A DNA stretch of 64,000 nt from an uncultured Chloroflexia bacterium. Lineage in GTDB: Bacteria > Chloroflexota > Limnocylindria > Limnocylindrales > CSP1-4. The notes under the pieces were generated by a model that searched no databases, was not told the origin of the DNA, and was given only the letters and a program-made list of their open reading frames with translations. Every line of letters starts with the position of its first letter. The stretch's first letter is position 1. The stretch lies in the NCBI GenBank assembly GCA_963813535.1, contig CAWEZH010000002.1, forward strand, positions 864,001 to 928,000. The letters are read 5' to 3'. Both the position numbers and the translations under genes were made by a program. Positions 60,558 to 64,000 of the stretch are shown one piece after another.

Positions 60558-60731
60558 GGTCGGTCGCAGACTAGCAGAGGGTCACCGAGCGGCCCTTCGA
60601 GCGGGGACCGGACCATCCGCGCGTGCTCTGGGGTACCCCCGGTGGAGGGGCGTCAAGGGCCCTGGGCTATACTCTCGCCCCGTTCGAACCCCGTGTCCGA
60701 GCCTTGTCCAGCGCGCACATCCCGGGGACTG

Positions 60732-62687
60732 ATGCCCGAGCTCCTCACCGAATCCTTCTGCGAACGCTGCGGCACGCGCTACACGTTCGAGTCCGCGGCA
60801 CCGCGGGGCCCCCGGCTCAAGGGCCTCAAGGTCGCTTCGCGCGGGTTGCGCAACTTCGTCATGTCCGACGACACGTCGATGGACGAAGCGATGGCGGCGG
60901 CTCGCAACGATGCCGATCGCGAGCAGACGTCGCAGCAGCTCGAGGCATTCCACAAGACCTTCAACTTCTGCATGGACTGCCGCCAGTACACATGCGCCAA
61001 CTGCTGGAACGAGGGCGAGGGTCGCTGCCTGTCCTGCGCGCCGCTGTTCGGTCTCGAGCCGGCCACGACCTTCGGCAACGTCGCTGCCGGAGGCGCCGTC
61101 ACGGTCAGCGGGTCCGAGGCGATCGGGCTCCAGGAGCGGAACGGGCACGATGGGCAGGCCGCACCAGAGCCGATGGCTTGGCCGACGTCCGATCTCATGC
61201 GTCAGGCCGAAGCCGCCGCCGCACCACCGCCGCTAGAGATCGCTGAGGAGCCGGTCCAGGCCGAGCCGCCGCTGGCACCTGACGAGGCAGACACGCCGGT
61301 GACGCCAGTCGCGGCGGAGCCGCCGTTCGAGGCCGAACTACCGGCAGCGGCGTTCGAGCCCGAGCCGCCGCAGGTGACGCCCGTCGCCGACGTGCCCGCA
61401 GCGCACGTCGAGGCGGAGCCGGTCACCGAGGCGCCATATCTCGATGACCTCAGCGCCCTCGCCGACGACGTCGAGCCGATCGATTTCGCGGCTCGCCTCG
61501 CGGCCGTCTCCGGTCCGGCGGCCGCGGTAGCGGGGCCCTCCACCGACGCGGTGCCCGAGGAGATCACGCCCGAACCGATCACGTTCGACGCCCCGGCCGA
61601 GCCCGACCGTCCGGTCGTCGTCGAGCCGTTCCAGCCGCTTCCCGCGGTCGAAGCGGCACGGCCGCCCGAGGTCGAGGCTCCAGCCCCAGCGGCGGCAGCC
61701 GCCCCGGCGGAACCCACCGACCCGCTCGCGCCGGTCGTCGAGGAGGTCGACGACCGCGCCGCTGCGGCCGCTGCCAACACGTCGGACCTGCTGCAGCGGT
61801 TCCGACCGGGCGAGAGCCTCGACGATGAGATCGAGGCATACGAGCGCTCGCACGTTGACGCCGTGGCGCCAGCGCCCGAACCGGTCGCTGCGTCCGAGCC
61901 ACCCTTCGTGCCGTCCGTACCCGAACCGTCGCCCCAGCCGGAGCCCGTCGTCCCGATCGCGGCAGCGCACGAGCCAGTCGACGTCTACCCGGAGCCCGAG
62001 CCAGAACCGGTGGAGGCGTTCGCACCGCCCGCTCCGATCGCGCCCGCTCCTGGACCGGAGATCGTCGAGGCGGCACCGGAACCGGAGGTTCCACCGGCCG
62101 AGCTGCCGGAGTGGCTGCGCCCAGCGATCGTCCTGGAGTCCGTTGCAGCCGCGCCGGAGCCGGAGCCCGAGCCTGTCGCCGCCGCGCCGGAGCCCGAGCC
62201 TGTCGCCGCCGCGCCGGAGCCGGAGCCCGAGCCTGTCGCCGCCGCGCCGGAGCCGGAGCCCGAGCCTGTCGCCGCCGCGCCGGAACCGGAGCCCGAGCCG
62301 GAGCCACGCGTCGATGTCGTCCCGCAGCCGACGTGGCAGATCGTCGCCCCCGACAGCACCCCCGTCGTCGAGACGCCCATCGCCCCGACGCAGGAGCCCG
62401 TCCAGCCCCCGACCGACGCGGTCGCAGCGAGCGCCGAGCCGCAGTGGCCCGCGCAGCCCGAATGGCCGACGCGCGAACCCGCTGCGGGCCTGCCATTCCT
62501 CAATCGACCGCCGGCTGCGACCGGTGGGATCGAAGCACTGTGGGCCGCATCGGCCCAGGAGGTCGCACAGGTCGGCCAGGCGACCGCGACCCGACCGAGC
62601 ACTGGCGTCCAGCCATGTGTCAGTTGCGGACTATCGCTCTCGGCGAACGCTCGCTTCTGCCGCCGTTGCGGGACTCGCCAGGGCTGA
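60732..62687 (+). CDS. Zinc-finger protein with long Pro/Glu/Ala linker and C-terminal zinc ribbon
   Basis: FCERCG...CMDC..TCANCWN...CLSCAP; about 500 aa low-complexity linker; CVSCG...FCRRCG. Confidence 0.8.
   Translation: MPELLTESFCERCGTRYTFESAAPRGPRLKGLKVASRGLRNFVMSDDTSMDEAMAAARNDADREQTSQQLEAFHKTFNFCMDCRQYTCANCWNEGEGRCLSCAPLFGLEPATTFGNVAAGGAVTVSGSEAIGLQERNGHDGQAAPEPMAWPTSDLMRQAEAAAAPPPLEIAEEPVQAEPPLAPDEADTPVTPVAAEPPFEAELPAAAFEPEPPQVTPVADVPAAHVEAEPVTEAPYLDDLSALADDVEPIDFAARLAAVSGPAAAVAGPSTDAVPEEITPEPITFDAPAEPDRPVVVEPFQPLPAVEAARPPEVEAPAPAAAAAPAEPTDPLAPVVEEVDDRAAAAAANTSDLLQRFRPGESLDDEIEAYERSHVDAVAPAPEPVAASEPPFVPSVPEPSPQPEPVVPIAAAHEPVDVYPEPEPEPVEAFAPPAPIAPAPGPEIVEAAPEPEVPPAELPEWLRPAIVLESVAAAPEPEPEPVAAAPEPEPVAAAPEPEPEPVAAAPEPEPEPVAAAPEPEPEPEPRVDVVPQPTWQIVAPDSTPVVETPIAPTQEPVQPPTDAVAASAEPQWPAQPEWPTREPAAGLPFLNRPPAATGGIEALWAASAQEVAQVGQATATRPSTGVQPCVSCGLSLSANARFCRRCGTRQG
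62145..62306 (+). repeat. Coding tandem repeat, 33-bp unit (AAAPEPEPEPV), about 5 copies
   Basis: GCCGCCGCGCCGGAGCCGGAGCCCGAGCCTGTC; second copy is 27 bp; no spacers. Confidence 0.9.
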
Positions 62688-62710
62688 CCGGCCCCGGCCA
62701 CGCCCGGAGA

Positions 62711-63631
62711 TCAGCCGCCGACCTCCGCGTCCCCAGGCCCTCCACCACGGGACGACCCGTCACCGCCGCTCGATCCTTCGTCTCCGGCCGTCATCTCGTC
62801 GTCGCGGATCCGTACCCAGGCGGCTCCGTACAGCAGGATCTGGAACGAGAACGACAGCCACGCGAGCGCGATGAACGACGTGGCCAGCGGTCCTGCGAGG
62901 GTCGCGACACCGACCACGCGTGGCGCAAGGAACCCGAACAGCTGGGCGAGCACGAAGATCCCGCTGCCCGCGACGATCGCGGGTGGCAGCGCGGCGCGCC
63001 ACGCCGGCGCGCGGGGCGGCACGACCACGTAGATCACCAACATGACACCGACCGTCACGAGGAGGATGACCCCCGGTGACGTGGCGATCCGGCCGAAAGC
63101 CGACAGCGCGGTCGACGAGGTCGGCAGCAGGGCCTCGGCGGCGGCCGCCAGTGACCCGCCGACGATCAGCGCGACGACCACACCGACCAGCCCCGCCACC
63201 CACATGAACCCTCGGGCCGTCCGATGCAGGACGTCGCGCTCGGGCCGGTCCGCGAAGATCCGCGAGAAGGCGATGTCGAGCGTCACGTAGAACTGGCTGA
63301 CCGTCCATATCAGGCCGGCGATACCGATCACGGATGCCAGCGCCGCTCCCTGCGCCATCGACACCAGGGCCTGCTCGATGAGCTCCCGGAGCGGCGGGAT
63401 GACGTCCGTCAGTGCCGTCGCGAGCTGCTCCTGGACCTGTGGATCCTTGACGAGCAATCCGGCGACCCCGAGGGTGACGAGCGCGATCGGGACGGTCGCG
63501 AAGAGCGCCGTGAACGCCAGCCCGTTGGCCAGCAGGCCGCCCGGCGCGTGGGCGTAGACATCGAGGACCTTGCGGATGACCACGACCGCCGGTCGATCGA
63601 GGACGCGCTCCAGGACCGCCGGGATCTGCAT
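62711..63631 (-). CDS. YihY/BrkB-family membrane protein
   Basis: LANGLAFTALFATVP, LAWLSFSFQILLYGA, multiple TM helices. Confidence 0.85.
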   Translation of the reverse strand: MQIPAVLERVLDRPAVVVIRKVLDVYAHAPGGLLANGLAFTALFATVPIALVTLGVAGLLVKDPQVQEQLATALTDVIPPLRELIEQALVSMAQGAALASVIGIAGLIWTVSQFYVTLDIAFSRIFADRPERDVLHRTARGFMWVAGLVGVVVALIVGGSLAAAAEALLPTSSTALSAFGRIATSPGVILLVTVGVMLVIYVVVPPRAPAWRAALPPAIVAGSGIFVLAQLFGFLAPRVVGVATLAGPLATSFIALAWLSFSFQILLYGAAWVRIRDDEMTAGDEGSSGGDGSSRGGGPGDAEVGG

Positions 63632-63694
63632 GCCGGATCGTCAGGCGCGGTCGACGCCCGGTCGACTCCTCGGGACGACGACCAACGACACGGG

Positions 63695-64000
63695 TCAGTC
63701 GCTCGTGGTCGTCGACGACGAGGTCGACGTCTTGGCGGACCCCGCGTCCTTGGCCGGCTTCGAACTATCGCTGGGTGTCGCCTTCCGCTCCTCGGTGGAT
63801 GTCGACTTCCCCTCCTCGCTGGACGTCGACTTCCCCTCGCCGCCGGTCGCCTCGCCGTCGGTGCCCTCGCCCTTCGAGGCGCTCGAGGACTTCACTGCGG
63901 CGCGACGGTCCCTCTTCGCCCAGCCCGAACCCTTGAAATGGACCGCCGGCGCAGCGACCGCCTTCCTGACCGGCCCCGAGCCGCACAACGGGCATCGTGC
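63695..64000 (-). CDS. FmdB-family zinc ribbon protein, 5' end outside the window
   Basis: CPLCG...AVHFKGSGWAKRD followed by a Ser/Lys-rich tail. Confidence 0.85.
   Translation of the reverse strand, partial: ARCPLCGSGPVRKAVAAPAVHFKGSGWAKRDRRAAVKSSSASKGEGTDGEATGGEGKSTSSEEGKSTSTEERKATPSDSSKPAKDAGSAKTSTSSSTTTSD

Noticed and set aside
62145-62306. 33-bp repeats as a possible CRISPR array
   Set aside because: No spacers, in-frame coding repeat, no cas genes

Overview
High-GC bacterial chromosome segment. Gene content and style suggest Chloroflexota, possibly Limnocylindria-like (inference only). Bases 1-22.9 kb form a LacI-controlled catabolic island: a CehA/McbA-like metallohydrolase that the ORF track misses, a polyamine-type ABC importer, a Zn dehydrogenase, two TIM-barrel enzymes, class III and DegT aminotransferases, three Gfo/Idh/MocA dehydrogenases, iolB coupled to an atypical transaldolase, and a sugar ABC importer. 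It looks like an undescribed aminocyclitol/inositol degradation route. The rest is mostly housekeeping: ychF, murI, a CpaE-like protein, speB, a UvrD-nuclease fusion, rarA, a divergent ahcY, murJ, a serine operon, MoxR-DUF58-transglutaminase, and fhaA-fhaB-rodA (frameshifted)-pbpA. Two genes with short basic helical N-terminal domains (starts at 46304 and 51218) are preceded by highly structured, switch-like 5' leaders, a candidate cis-regulatory RNA/protein system. No rRNA, tRNA, CRISPR array or transposase was seen. All family calls come from motifs read by eye; no database search was run.
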